A stretch of 64,000 nucleotides of DNA from Eledone cirrhosa (lineage: Eukaryota), in contig OZ024746.1 of NCBI GenBank assembly GCA_964016885.1, positions 930,001 through 994,000 on the forward strand. Direction: 5' to 3'. The notes under the pieces were generated by a model. It worked only from the letters and a program-made list of their open reading frames with translations. It ran no database searches and was not told the origin of the DNA. Below are positions 13,769 to 27,883 of the stretch, one piece after another; the stretch's first letter is position 1, and every line of letters starts with the position of its first letter. The translations under genes and the position numbers were made by a program.

Positions 13769-13792
13769 TACATATATATATATACATATATG

Positions 13793-13857
<65 letters not shown>

Positions 13858-14113
13858 GTATATATGTATATATGTATATATGTATATATGTATATATATA
13901 TATGTATATATGTATATATATAAATGTATATATGTATATATATATATGTATGTATATATATATATATGTACAATATATAGAGAAACACACAGATACATGA
14001 ATATATCCACATCCATCCTTGAGTTAATGGTGCCAACCTTAACCGATGTTGCTCTATGAATAACTGGGACAAACCAATCCGAATGGATTAGACTGAACCA
14101 GTATCAGAGCTAT

Positions 14114-14152
<39 letters not shown>

Positions 14153-14227
14153 GTATATATATATGTATATATATATACATATTCTTCTGAGTTTTTGGCT
14201 TGTATTGGCCGATAGTGCTTCTTATAG

Positions 14228-14281
14228 CTTTATTTGCCCTGGTGAGTCCTTAATAGGACGAAACATTGTTGGCTAATAAAG
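14228..14281 (+). ncRNA. Type I hammerhead ribozyme motif (A6G core variant) in a ~140-bp island
   Basis: CTTTATTtGCC-CTGGTGA-GTCCT-taat-AGGAC-GAAAC-att-GT-T-GGCtAATAAAG. Confidence 0.75.
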
Positions 14282-14390
14282 ACTTTTGATGTATTGAAGG
14301 CTTCTTTGGTTTATTTTCATAATATATATGTATATATGTATATATGTATATATATATATGTGCATATGTATATATATATATATATGTATA

Positions 14391-14451
<61 letters not shown>

Positions 14452-14454
<3 letters not shown>

Positions 14455-14785
14455 GGAACAAGTAAGCTAAGCTCAATTTCTTTCACCCGCACCATGCGAA
14501 AACTAGTATTGAGTACTTTGGTGCGTTATGTTCCACCTGGTTCCTTACCACATTTCCTTCGTTTCCTTCGTTATCTAGCTCCTATCCCCGTAGTAGAGCA
14601 CTTTCCAACCTTACCACGCCGTATCCAGACTTTTCCGCTAAGCTCAATTTCTTACACCCGCACCATGCAAAAACATGGGGTCTTACTTGTTCCTATTACC
14701 CACTCTACTACCCTAAGTATTGAGTACTTTGGTGCGTTATGGTCCACCTGGTTCCTTATCACATTTCCTTCGTTTCCTTCGTTAT
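14452..14785 (+). repeat. Rearranged tandem duplication of a pLTR-like tail
   Basis: 14466-14573 is repeated at 14637-14785; short inversion 14452-14466 vs 14682-14696; carries the shared GTATTGAGTAC tail motif. Confidence 0.6.
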
Positions 14786-14786
14786 G

Positions 14787-14845
<59 letters not shown>

Positions 14846-14856
14846 TAATATAGATG

Positions 14857-14907
14857 AGATTCTACAGGACTAGAACTGTTTCATTCATTAGAAATCATCA
14901 GGAATCT
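14857..14907 (-). ncRNA. Type I hammerhead ribozyme (family A)
   Basis: Minus: AGATTC-CTGATGA-tTTC-taat-GAAt-GAAACAG-ttctagtc-CTGT-A-GAATCT. Confidence 0.85.
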
Positions 14908-14929
14908 GGGTATCAAAAAATAAATATGG

Positions 14930-14991
14930 TATTTATAGGTCTCTACAAGTGGTAGTAGAGGGTGGGGAGTTGGATGGGTGCAGGTCATTGG
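14930..14991 (-). promoter_or_regulatory. Putative pLTR promoter
   Basis: Minus TATAAATA at 14930-14937, ~23 nt upstream of the HHR; CCAAT at 14987-14991. Confidence 0.45.
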
Positions 14992-15634
14992 TTGATAGAA
15001 AAGGGAATTCATTAAAAGCTACAAAGCTATAGTTAATTTTTATTTTTATTTATATTTATTTATGTTTTTAGAGTAACAAAGGCAGACAGAATTCTATAAA
15101 CAGGTTCCGGATGGCATACCATTCCTTGTCAATAAGTTTCTCTTAAGCTAACAGATGTCTATAAAATCAGTGGGGGGTCAGTCAAGCTCGATAGAATTAA
15201 AGAAGAGGGAGATTCTTTAAAAGCTAAAGTCATTAAGGTTCTACTAAGTGACAAAGGTCTAGGGAATTCTGCAGACAGATTCAAAATACTGAGTGCATAT
15301 CTTACTATTATCTTCGAACTTCTCTTAAACTAATCAATATGCCAAAATCAACAGACACATTCACAAAAAAAACAAAAAAACAAAAAAACAAAAAAACAAA
15401 AAAACAGAAAAACAAAAAAACACACATAAAAAACAAAAAAACACACGTACTCACTCACACACTTACGCGCAACCATAAACACACACACAAACACATATAC
15501 ACACATAAAACACACACACATATATAAAAAATATATAAATATATATAAAAATATATATTCTCATGTACACACACATACATACACACATACATACATACAT
15601 ACATATATAAAATACATATACACATATACATACG

Positions 15635-15724
<90 letters not shown>

Positions 15725-15743
15725 TACACATATATACAAACAC

Positions 15744-15803
<60 letters not shown>

Positions 15804-15867
15804 ACACACACACACATATATATATATACACACATATATATATATACATACATATATATATATACAC

Positions 15868-15912
<45 letters not shown>

Positions 15913-16071
15913 GACATACACATACATACACACACACACACATATATACACAAATAAATAGACTCACACGCATACATACAAGCACGAGTATACATATGTA
16001 TAAATATCTATACACACACACATACACACACATATATATATACATATATATATATATATACATATACATAC

Positions 16072-16106
<35 letters not shown>

Positions 16107-16280
16107 CACACATATACATATATATATATATATATATATCTATACACACACATACAAATACATATATATATATATATATATATATCCATACATACACAAA
16201 CATACACATACATACACAGACCTATACATAAATATACACATATATATACAGACATATAACGCACATATACACACACATGT

Positions 16281-16311
<31 letters not shown>

Positions 16312-16320
16312 CATATATAT

Positions 16321-16443
<123 letters not shown>

Positions 16444-16446
16444 TAT

Positions 16447-16494
<48 letters not shown>

Positions 16495-16505
16495 TTTTGA
16501 TACCC

Positions 16506-16556
16506 AGATTCCTGATGATTTCTAATGAATGAAACAGTTCTAGTCCTGTAGAATCT
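16506..16556 (+). ncRNA. Type I hammerhead ribozyme (family A)
   Basis: AGATTC-CTGATGA-tTTC-taat-GAAt-GAAACAG-ttctagtc-CTGT-A-GAATCT; GUA cut site. Confidence 0.87.
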
Positions 16557-16639
16557 CATCTATATTAAAACTGTTATACTCTGCTATGTATTGAGTACCT
16601 TACTTACTGTGGTTACCTCCGATTCAACCCGGAATAACG

Positions 16640-16701
<62 letters not shown>

Positions 16702-16741
16702 TGTATGTATATATATATATATGTATGTATATATATATATA

Positions 16742-17930
16742 TCATCATCATCATCATCATCAACGTTTAACGTCCGTGTTCCACGCTTGCATGGGTTTGG
16801 ACGGGGGTAGTCCCACTTGAGGCAAGAGTGATTGTCTTGCTCGCATAGGACTGTCTGGCAGGTTTTCTACAGTTGGATGCCCTTCCTAACACCAACCACA
16901 TTTACAGTGTGGGTCTGGGAGGTTTTTACCGTGTTGCCTACACGGCCACATTACAGCGTGGACTGTGTGTTTTTTTGTCGTGACACCTACACGATCTCAA
17001 TTGTTTCGGCCTGGATGGTGTGGCACCAACATAACTTTACATAGAACGGGGTGGTGTGGATGGGGTGGGGGTGGTGGGGGTATTTTGTTAGAGATGCCTA
17101 CTGGCTGTAGTAGGTTTTACTATGTATTTAGGTAAGGCGGGTCTTCTCTATTACTGAGTACCGCCAAAGGTCTCGGTCCAGTGACATTGTCTTGGAGAGG
17201 TGTAAGTGTGTGAGGTCGGAGTTTATCAGCTCGTCCCAGGTTTTTCTAGGTCTGCCTATTCCGTGACTACCGTCTATCTTTATTGCCCTGCACTTTGTTA
17301 TACAGCTATCGACTTTCATGCGCATCACGTGTCCATACCAACGTAGCCTTCTCTCGAGTAAACAACATCTGATCCCTCTTATTTCTAATTTTTTCCTTAG
17401 TTCGTTTATGCTTTGCCGTTCACGTATATTACTGTTACACATCCAGCGGAGCATGCAAGCTTCGTTCCTCTCTAGTCTGCGTATATCCTCTGCACACAAT
17501 GCCCCGGTCTCACTGCCATGCAACATTGCTGTTCGTATGCAGGCATCGTACAACCTGCCTTTCATTTTTAGGGAGAACCCTTTAGCAGCTAATAGTGGTA
17601 TAAGCTCTCTGAACTTTTTCCAACCAGTTCTGACTCTAGCTACTGTACTTTCAGAGCACCCTCCCCCACTGCTGATTTTATCACCCAGGTAACGGAAACT
17701 GTCCACTATTTCTATAGAACCCTCTGCGCAATTGAAGGAGCTAGTATTTTGTGGGCACTTGCTGCTACTTATTGCACCAGAGCACCGGCCACATGTAAAA
17801 TCTATGTTCTTAGTTAGCTTACCTGTGATCCCACTACATCTTTTATGCACCCATACTTTGCATTTAGGACATAAAATGGAGTTTCTACCTACTCCTTTCC
17901 TACACACCAAGCACGACCATTTCCCAGAAG
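16742..17930 (-). mobile_element. RTE-clade LINE, 5'-truncated
   Basis: ORF end: Cys-rich finger, [46 protein letters not shown]; 3' UTR with (GAT)n tail. Confidence 0.92.
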
Positions 17931-18372
17931 TATATATATATGTATATATATATATGTATGTATATATATATATATATGTATGTATATATATATATATGTA
18001 TATATGTATGTATGTATATATGTATGTATGTATATATGTATGTATGTATATATGTATATATATATATATATATGTATGTATATATGTATGTATGTATATA
18101 TGTATGTATGTGTATATGTATATATATATATATATGTATATATATATCACCGTATGTATATATATATGTATATATATGTATATATATGTATATATATGTA
18201 TATATGTATATGTATATATATATATGTATATATATATATGTATATATATGTATATATATGTATATATATATATGTATATATATGTATATATATATATGTA
18301 TATATATGTATATATATATATGTATATATATGTATATATATATATGTATATATATATATGTATATATATATG

Positions 18373-18405
<33 letters not shown>

Positions 18406-18956
18406 GTATATATATATATATGTATGTATATATATATGTATGTATATATATATGTATGTATATATATATGTATGTATATATATATGTATGTATATATATA
18501 TGTATGTATATATATATATGTATGTATATATATATATGTATGTATATATATATATGTATATATATGTATATGTATATATATGTATATAGATAAATATGTA
18601 TATAGATAGATATATATGTATATAGATATATATGTATATAGATATATATGTATATAAATAGATATATATGTATATAGATAGATATATATGTATATAGATA
18701 GATATGTATATAGATATATATATATATGTATATACAATTAAGTTAAAAATGTACATCCACATATGTATACTGAAATACTAGTATGCATATGAATACACAC
18801 ACGTGTACATATGTAGATGTACCGAGTTTTTCACTGGTCACTTTACTGTGAGTGTCCAGCTATTCTGTATGTAAACACACAGAAAAACCGGTTTTTAGAG
18901 TCATACTGGTTTTTGAGGAAATACCTTTCCTCTATTCTCCAGAAAGCCAGACAAGG

Positions 18957-19001
18957 AATATTGGACTAGTTTCGATGTTGTTACATCTCATCAGCAATAT
19001 T
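18957..19001 (-). ncRNA. Minimal type I hammerhead ribozyme (family B)
   Basis: Minus: AATATTG-CTGATGA-GATGT-aaca-ACATC-GAAA-CTAG-TC-CAATATT; GUC site. Confidence 0.93.
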
Positions 19002-19422
19002 TACCTATCTTCCGGCCTTTCTAGAGAATCGTAAAAGCACATATCGTTATATGTTTTTTCTATGAAAATTAGTAGTGGGCAGACTAATTTGCATAGAGCG
19101 TGAGTACGTACCGGTTCAACGGAGACGATAAAAACAAATAACGAAACGAAATTAAATTTCGTTTCGTTTGTAACTCACTTTTGTATGACTGACGCTTAAA
19201 CAATTAAGTTAAAAATGTACATCCACATATGTATACTGAAATACTAGTATGCATATGAATACACACACGTATACATATGTAGATGTACCAAGTTTTTCAC
19301 TGGTCACTTTACTGTGAGTGTCCAGCTATTCTGTATGTAAACACACAGACAAACCGGTTTTTAGAGTCATACTGGTTTTTGAGGAAACACCTTTCCTCTA
19401 TTCTCCAGAAAGCCAGACAAGG

Positions 19423-19467
19423 AATATTGAACTAGTTTCGTTGTTGTTACAACTCATCAGCAATATT
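19423..19467 (-). ncRNA. Minimal type I hammerhead ribozyme (family B)
   Basis: Minus: AATATTG-CTGATGA-GTTGT-aaca-ACAAC-GAAA-CTAG-TT-CAATATT; compensatory stem II change relative to 18957. Confidence 0.92.
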
Positions 19468-19539
19468 TGCCTATCTTCCGGCCTTTCTGGAGAATCGTAA
19501 AAGCTTTTACGATTCTCCAGAAAGGCCGGAAGATAGGTA

Positions 19540-19584
19540 AATATTGCTGATGAGTTGTAACAACAACGAAACTAGTTCAATATT
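19540..19584 (+). ncRNA. Minimal type I hammerhead ribozyme (family B)
   Basis: AATATTG-CTGATGA-GTTGT-aaca-ACAAC-GAAA-CTAG-TT-CAATATT. Confidence 0.92.
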
Positions 19585-19875
19585 CCTTGTCTGGCTTTCT
19601 GGAGAATAGAGGAAAGGTGTTTCCTCAAAAACCAGTATGACTCTAAAAACCGGTTTGTCTGTGTGTTTACATACAGAATAGCTGGACACTCACAGTAAAG
19701 TGACCAGTGAAAAACTCGGTACATCTACATATGTACACGTGTGTGTATTCATATGCATACTAGTATTTCAGTATACATATGTGGATGTACATTTTTAACT
19801 TAATTGTTTAAGCGTCAGTCATACAAAAGTGAGTTACAAACGAAACGAAATTTAATTTCGTTTCGTTATTTGTTT

Positions 19876-19966
<91 letters not shown>

Positions 19967-20118
19967 GATATATATGTATATGTGTATATATAGATATATA
20001 TGTATATGTGTATGTATATGTGTATATATAGATATATATGTGTATATATATATATGTATATATATATATATGTGTATGTGTATATGTGTATAAGTATATA
20101 TATGTATATATATATATG

Positions 20119-20165
<47 letters not shown>

Positions 20166-20326
20166 GTATATGTATATATATGTATATGTATATATATATG
20201 TATATATATGTGTATATATGTATATGTATATATATATATGTATATATATATGTATGTATATGTGTATATGTATATATATATATGTGTATATATATATGTG
20301 TATATATATGTGCATATATATATGTA

Positions 20327-20357
<31 letters not shown>

Positions 20358-20392
20358 ATATATATGTATATATATATATGTATATATATATG

Positions 20393-20427
<35 letters not shown>

Positions 20428-20428
20428 G

Positions 20429-20460
<32 letters not shown>

Positions 20461-20604
20461 TATATATGTATATGTATATATGTATATATATGTATATATG
20501 TATGTATATATGTATATGTATATATGTATATATATGTATATATGTATATATATATATATATGTATATGTATATATATGTATATATATGTATATGTATATA
20601 TATG

Positions 20605-20703
<99 letters not shown>

Positions 20704-20713
20704 GTATATATAT

Positions 20714-21175
20714 ATACGTAGTTAAGAAAGCCACAACAATGTAGAGGGGAATCTCGAGGTAGGAAGTGAATGATAGATAGGAGAAACAGGTGAAAGTGAA
20801 AATTGAGAGAGAAAAAGATCAAAACAAAACAAAGGTAGAAGGGTTACTGTAGTGGAGATTTAATCCCAATATTTCGGGCTCACGCCCATCAACGGGGGAA
20901 AAGTTCCAAAAGGGGGGGAACAGGCCAAGCGGAGAAAGTTGTGATGTCGTTAAGACAGGAATGCCGTTATTAATATTGGGATTAAATCTCCACTACGGTA
21001 ACCCTTCTACCTTTGTTTTGTTTTGATCTTTTTCTCTCTCAATTTTCACTTTCACCTGTTTCTCCTATCTATCATTCACTTCCTACCTCGAGATTCCCCT
21101 CTACATTGTTGTGGCTTTCTTAACTACGTATTTTACACATTTCACAATGCTTCAAGCAAACTTTAACACCCTCTT
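20714..21175. mobile_element. Fold-back island: 160-bp inverted arms, 98-bp spacer, 3' tail
   Basis: 20714-20873 is the reverse complement of 20972-21131 (one mismatch seen); tail 21132-21175; (TA)n flanks. Confidence 0.88.
20864..20899 (-). ncRNA. Hammerhead-like motif with divergent core (CCGTTGA)
   Basis: Minus: TCCC-CCGTTGA-t-GGGC-gtga-GCCC-GAAA-TA-TT-GGGA; stems I and II intact, palindrome AATATT. Confidence 0.55.
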
Positions 21176-21180
21176 ATATG

Positions 21181-21313
<133 letters not shown>

Positions 21314-21314
21314 G

Positions 21315-21359
<45 letters not shown>

Positions 21360-21376
21360 GTATATATATATATATG

Positions 21377-21421
<45 letters not shown>

Positions 21422-21668
21422 GTATATGTATGTATATGTATGTATATATACATGTATATATGTATATGTATATATGTATATGTATATATATATATGTATA
21501 TATGTATATGTATATATGTATATGTATATATGTATATATGTATATGTATATATGTATATGTATATATGTATATATGTATATATATGTATATATATGTATA
21601 TATATATATGTATATATATATATGTATTTATATATATGTATATATATATATATGTATATATATATATG

Positions 21669-21713
<45 letters not shown>

Positions 21714-21778
21714 ATATATATCTATATATATATATGTATATATATATATGTATATATATATATGTATATATATATATG

Positions 21779-21837
<59 letters not shown>

Positions 21838-21852
21838 CTATATATATATATG

Positions 21853-21884
<32 letters not shown>

Positions 21885-22137
21885 TATGTATGTATATATA
21901 TATATCTATATATATATATGTATATATATATATGTATATATATATATGTATATATATATATGTATATATATATTATGTATATATATGTATATATATATGT
22001 ATATATATGTATATATATATATGTATATATGTATATGTATATGTATATATATGTATATATGTATATGTATATATATGTATATGTATATATATGTATGTAT
22101 ATATATGTATGTGTATATATATGTATATATATATATA

Positions 22138-22195
22138 TGTCCAAACCCATGCAAGCGTGGGACACGGACGCTAAACCTGATGATGATGATGATGT
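22138..22195 (+). mobile_element. RTE 3' tail fragment
   Basis: gtccaaacccatgcaagcgtgg...(gat)n matches the 3' end of the RTE at 16742-16800. Confidence 0.75.
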
Positions 22196-22208
22196 ATATA
22201 TAGAAGGA

Positions 22209-22257
22209 GCTTCTACAGGACTAGTACTGTTTCATTCAGATGAAATCTTCAGGAAGC
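22209..22257 (-). ncRNA. Type I hammerhead ribozyme (family A variant)
   Basis: Minus: GCTTC-CTGAAGA-tTTCA-tc-TGAAt-GAAACAG-tactagtc-CTGT-A-GAAGC. Confidence 0.85.
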
Positions 22258-22265
22258 ACTGAAGA

Positions 22266-22312
22266 TTCCAGAAGATTTCATCTGAATGAAACAGTACTAG
22301 TCCTGTAGAAGC
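22266..22312 (+). ncRNA. Hammerhead copy damaged at the fold-back junction
   Basis: TTC-CAGAAGA-...-GAAACAG-tactagtc-CTGTA-GAAGC; core U4A. Confidence 0.55.
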
Positions 22313-22760
22313 TCCTTCTATAAAATAAAAAAATTTTACTCTGCCATGTATTGAGTACCTTACTTACTGTGGTTATCCCGACTCAACCCGGGACCTACGT
22401 ATATATGTATATATATATATATGTATATATATGTATATATATGTATATATATATATATGTATATATATGTATATGTATATATATGTATATATATATATAT
22501 GTATGTATATATGTATGTATATATATATGTGTATATATATATATGTGTATATGTATATATATATATGTGTATATGTATATATATATATGTATATATATGT
22601 ATATATGTATATGTATATGTATATATGTATGTATATGTATATATGTATATATATATATGTATGTATATATGTATATATATATGTATATATATATGTCTGT
22701 TTATATATATGTATATATATGTATATATATATGTATATATATATATGTATATATATATGT

Positions 22761-22800
<40 letters not shown>

Positions 22801-22805
22801 CTATG

Positions 22806-22920
<115 letters not shown>

Positions 22921-22984
22921 GTATATATATGTATGTATATGTATGTATATATGTATGTATATATATATATATGTATGTATATGT

Positions 22985-23039
<55 letters not shown>

Positions 23040-23073
23040 TATATGTATGTATATTTATGTATATATATGTATG

Positions 23074-23113
<40 letters not shown>

Positions 23114-23157
23114 TGTATATATATATATATATGTATATATATGTATGTATATATATG

Positions 23158-23194
<37 letters not shown>

Positions 23195-23227
23195 GTATAT
23201 GTATATATATGTATGTATATGTATATG

Positions 23228-23264
<37 letters not shown>

Positions 23265-23590
23265 GTATATGTATATATATGTATGTATATGTATATATGT
23301 ATATGTATATATGTATATGTATGTATATATATATGTATATATGTATATGTATGTATATGTATATGTATGTATATATATATGTATATGTATGTATATATGT
23401 ATGTATATGTATGTATATATGTATGTATATGTATGTATATATATATGTATATGTATGTATGTATATATGTATGTATATGTATGTATATATATATGTATAT
23501 GTATGTATATATGTATGTATATGTATGTATATATATATATGTGTATGTATATATATATGTATATATATGTATATATATCTATGTATATAT

Positions 23591-23712
23591 GCCCACACTG
23601 TAAATGTGGTTGGTGTTAGGAAGGGCATCCAGCTGTAGAAAACCCGCCAGACAGTCCTATGCGAGCAAGAGAACCACTCTTGCTCGCATAGGACTGTCTG
23701 GCGGGTGTTCTA
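23591..23712 (+). mobile_element. RTE 3' UTR fragment folded back into a 36-bp hairpin
   Basis: Matches the RTE UTR at ~16830-16910; 23636-23671 inverted at 23677-23712. Confidence 0.8.
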
Positions 23713-23741
23713 TGTATATATATATATATATATACATACAT

Positions 23742-24065
23742 GATCATCATCATTTCATTTTACGTCCACTTTTTCCCTGCTTGCAAGGGTGGGACGGGAA
23801 CTGAATCTGGTTTGATTTCTACAGCTGGATGCACTTCCTAACACCAACCTCATTTTACAGTGAGTGCTGGGTGCTTTTTTTTGCCGTGGCACCTCCACGA
23901 CCACTTTGCAGTGGAATGATAGGGACCTCAGTCCCTATCATCTCATTTCTACAGCTGAGTAAACTGGAGCAATGTGAAATAAAGTGTCTTGCTCAAGGAA
24001 ACAAGAATTGAACTCACAATCTTTTGATTGCAAGGCCAATGCTCTAACCACTAAGCCATGTGCCT

Positions 24066-24068
<3 letters not shown>
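23742..24068 (-). mobile_element. tRNA-derived SINE with RTE-type 3' end
   Basis: Minus GGAGGCACATGGCTTAGTGGTTAGAGC (A box)...GAGTTCAATTC (B box); 3' part matches the RTE UTR; (GAT)n tail. Confidence 0.85.
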
Positions 24069-25490
<1,422 letters not shown>

Positions 25491-25494
25491 CACA

Positions 25495-26523
25495 CACCCT
25501 TCTCTCCCCGCTCCACCCACACCCTCGCTCCACACTCACTCATCCCACTAACACCTCTACTAATACACACACAGACCCTCCTCACTCCAACTTTCACACC
25601 TACCCATCCTAGCCCCTTTACCATTCCACCGACTGCTGCTATGCCCACTGACCACCTCCCAGCACAAACAAACACACAGCACTCCCACCGCTTGACCACT
25701 TCCTGTTGCGCGCGCACCCCACATCTCTCCTCTTCCGACCATCTCTTCATGGAATACTCGTATGTGGAACACCACAGAATCCACTAAACATCATAGGATT
25801 TTACCAACATTTCAACCATCCTCTTACGGAATCACCTATATAACTCACCCACACACACACCCCCAATATTTTGTTTCTCCCACACGCCACCTACACCCAC
25901 AACACGCTTGACCCCCCCCCCCACACACACGTGCTTTCCACCACATATTTACACCCTCAGCCTCCTGATTCCTCTCCCCCCACCCCTCTATCCACAAACG
26001 CACAGACACTCCGACCTACAACCCCCCACACACACCTCTTCCTGAACATTCAACCCCGTTCTTCCCTCAACCCTTACTTTCACATACACACACACACATA
26101 CGTACACCTACACACACACACCACCTTCAGCCCTCCCCGCTCGGACACCCCGTATCCCTCTCCCCACTCCACCCACCACCACCCCTACACACCCCACACC
26201 CTTCCACCACCTGTTTTACCCCTTTTTAATTTCAGTTTATTTTGATCATGCTTTTATATTTAATTTTATTTCATTCCTTGTATTTTGATCATGCTTTATT
26301 TTTACTTTTATTTTTAATTTCATTCGCACCGTTTCCTTTCGCTATATGTCTCTCCACCACTCCCCTACACACCCTTTGAACTCTGTTCCCACACACTTCT
26401 GACCTGAGGAAAGGCTTATGCCCGAAACGTCGTTCCCCACCATCACCCCACTCTCCAGAGCGTGAAATTAATAAACATTCGTTGTACAGCCTCTCTGTTT
26501 TGTTCCTGTTCAAATTTTTCCAT

Positions 26524-26525
<2 letters not shown>
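25495..26525 (+). mobile_element. PLE 3' remnant (C-rich pLTR-like region) ending in HHR and tail
   Basis: Possible ORF end ([10 protein letters not shown]...ISTIL) near 25745-25830; HHR at 26401; AATAAA ~26470; ends at (TA)n. Confidence 0.55.
26401..26434 (+). ncRNA. Minimal type I hammerhead ribozyme
   Basis: GAC-CTGAGGA-aaGGC-ttat-GCCc-GAAA-CG-TC-GTT; GUC site; short stem I. Confidence 0.7.
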
Positions 26526-26568
<43 letters not shown>

Positions 26569-26833
26569 CATATATACATATATCATAAATCATGTCCTTA
26601 GAATTATTAGATAAAATATATACCATTTACTCTTCCAATATATATACATATATATATGTATTTTAATTTTGATTGTATCTCATATAAAATAATACAGCTG
26701 GCTTTCCACAAAATACATATAGTTAGCACCCCAAACATATAATTGGGATTATACTAAGGTATATCCTAAAGTTTGTTGAGTGAGATGGTTGCCTGTCAGA
26801 GTATAGCTTAAGACTTTCTCTGTTTATGTATTA

Positions 26834-26865
<32 letters not shown>

Positions 26866-26866
26866 C

Positions 26867-26979
<113 letters not shown>

Positions 26980-27008
26980 CATATACATATATATATATAT
27001 ATACATAC

Positions 27009-27041
<33 letters not shown>

Positions 27042-27114
27042 CATACATATATATATATACATATATATATATATACATACATATATATATATATACATAC
27101 ATATACATATAACT

Positions 27115-27632
27115 TTGAATAACTTTGAAATGTTTTGGCCAGTATTGGCCCAGGCCATGTCTAACTTAATAGCCTGGCGAAGTCTTTCAATTCAGGATTT
27201 GGGCACCATGGCCCATTCGAGAAGAGAATTACTGTTTGCGGAGACATATCCGGGTGTGGGTGGTTTGTCCGGGATTACTTGGAGGAATTTGTCCAAAGAC
27301 TTCTTGAATTTTGTGTGGTCAGTTTCTGTTTTGACGTGTCCTGGTGTGATGTTGAAGAGAGCAGGGCCGATTGAGGTGAAATAATTGTGCCGTATTGTTG
27401 TTATGAGTTGCGATTTAGATTTTTGAATGGGACGGATAGCACGGGGCCCAAGCCTTGGGTGTATCTTGAAGGCGATGCCAACATCATTTGGGCAGTGATG
27501 ATGGAACATTTTCCACATCATGCAGATAATATAACGCTCACGGCGACGTTGGAGTGAGTAAAGTTTCAGGTTTTCTAGTCGACCCCAGTAGTCAAGGTCT
27601 GACATGCCATCTATCTTTTTCGTGATTGCCCT
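27115..27632 (-). mobile_element. CR1/Jockey-group LINE 3' fragment
   Basis: [21 protein letters not shown]...GPALFN...FKKSLDKFL, typical of a CR1-like ORF2 C-terminus. Confidence 0.8.
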
Positions 27633-27651
27633 TTATATGTATATATATACG

Positions 27652-27743
<92 letters not shown>

Positions 27744-27804
27744 CATATATATATACATACATACATATATATATACATACATACATATATATATACATAT
27801 ATAC

Positions 27805-27847
<43 letters not shown>

Positions 27848-27848
27848 G

Positions 27849-27879
<31 letters not shown>

Positions 27880-27883
<4 letters not shown>

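Larger units (their letters stand above)
11121..13770 (-). mobile_element. 5'-truncated Penelope-like element (Neptune-like) in (TA)n
   Basis: Open RT + GIY-YIG ORF, 3' pLTR-like region with CCAAT/TATA-like boxes and HHR, (TA)n flanks. Confidence 0.9.
18735..19879. mobile_element. Retrozyme-like element: 466-bp tandem unit plus spacerless 752-bp palindrome, three HHRs
   Basis: 18735-19038 repeats at 19201-19503 (offset 466); 19128-19503 mirrored by 19504-19879 around AAAAG|CTTTT; (TA)n flanks. Confidence 0.9.
22196..22399. mobile_element. Mini fold-back element with two inverted HHR copies (family A variant)
   Basis: 22196-22255 inverted at 22266-22323; tail 22324-22399 homologous to 16569-16640. 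Confidence 0.85.

Noticed and set aside
18852-19689. Three copies of a 60-aa ORF (MSSYSVCKH...)
   Set aside because: GTG start, antisense to the ribozyme, explained by the repeat structure; no known motif
23990-24068. Bona fide tRNA genes at the SINE heads
   Set aside because: A/B boxes are present but no complete cloverleaf, and they are fused to SINE bodies
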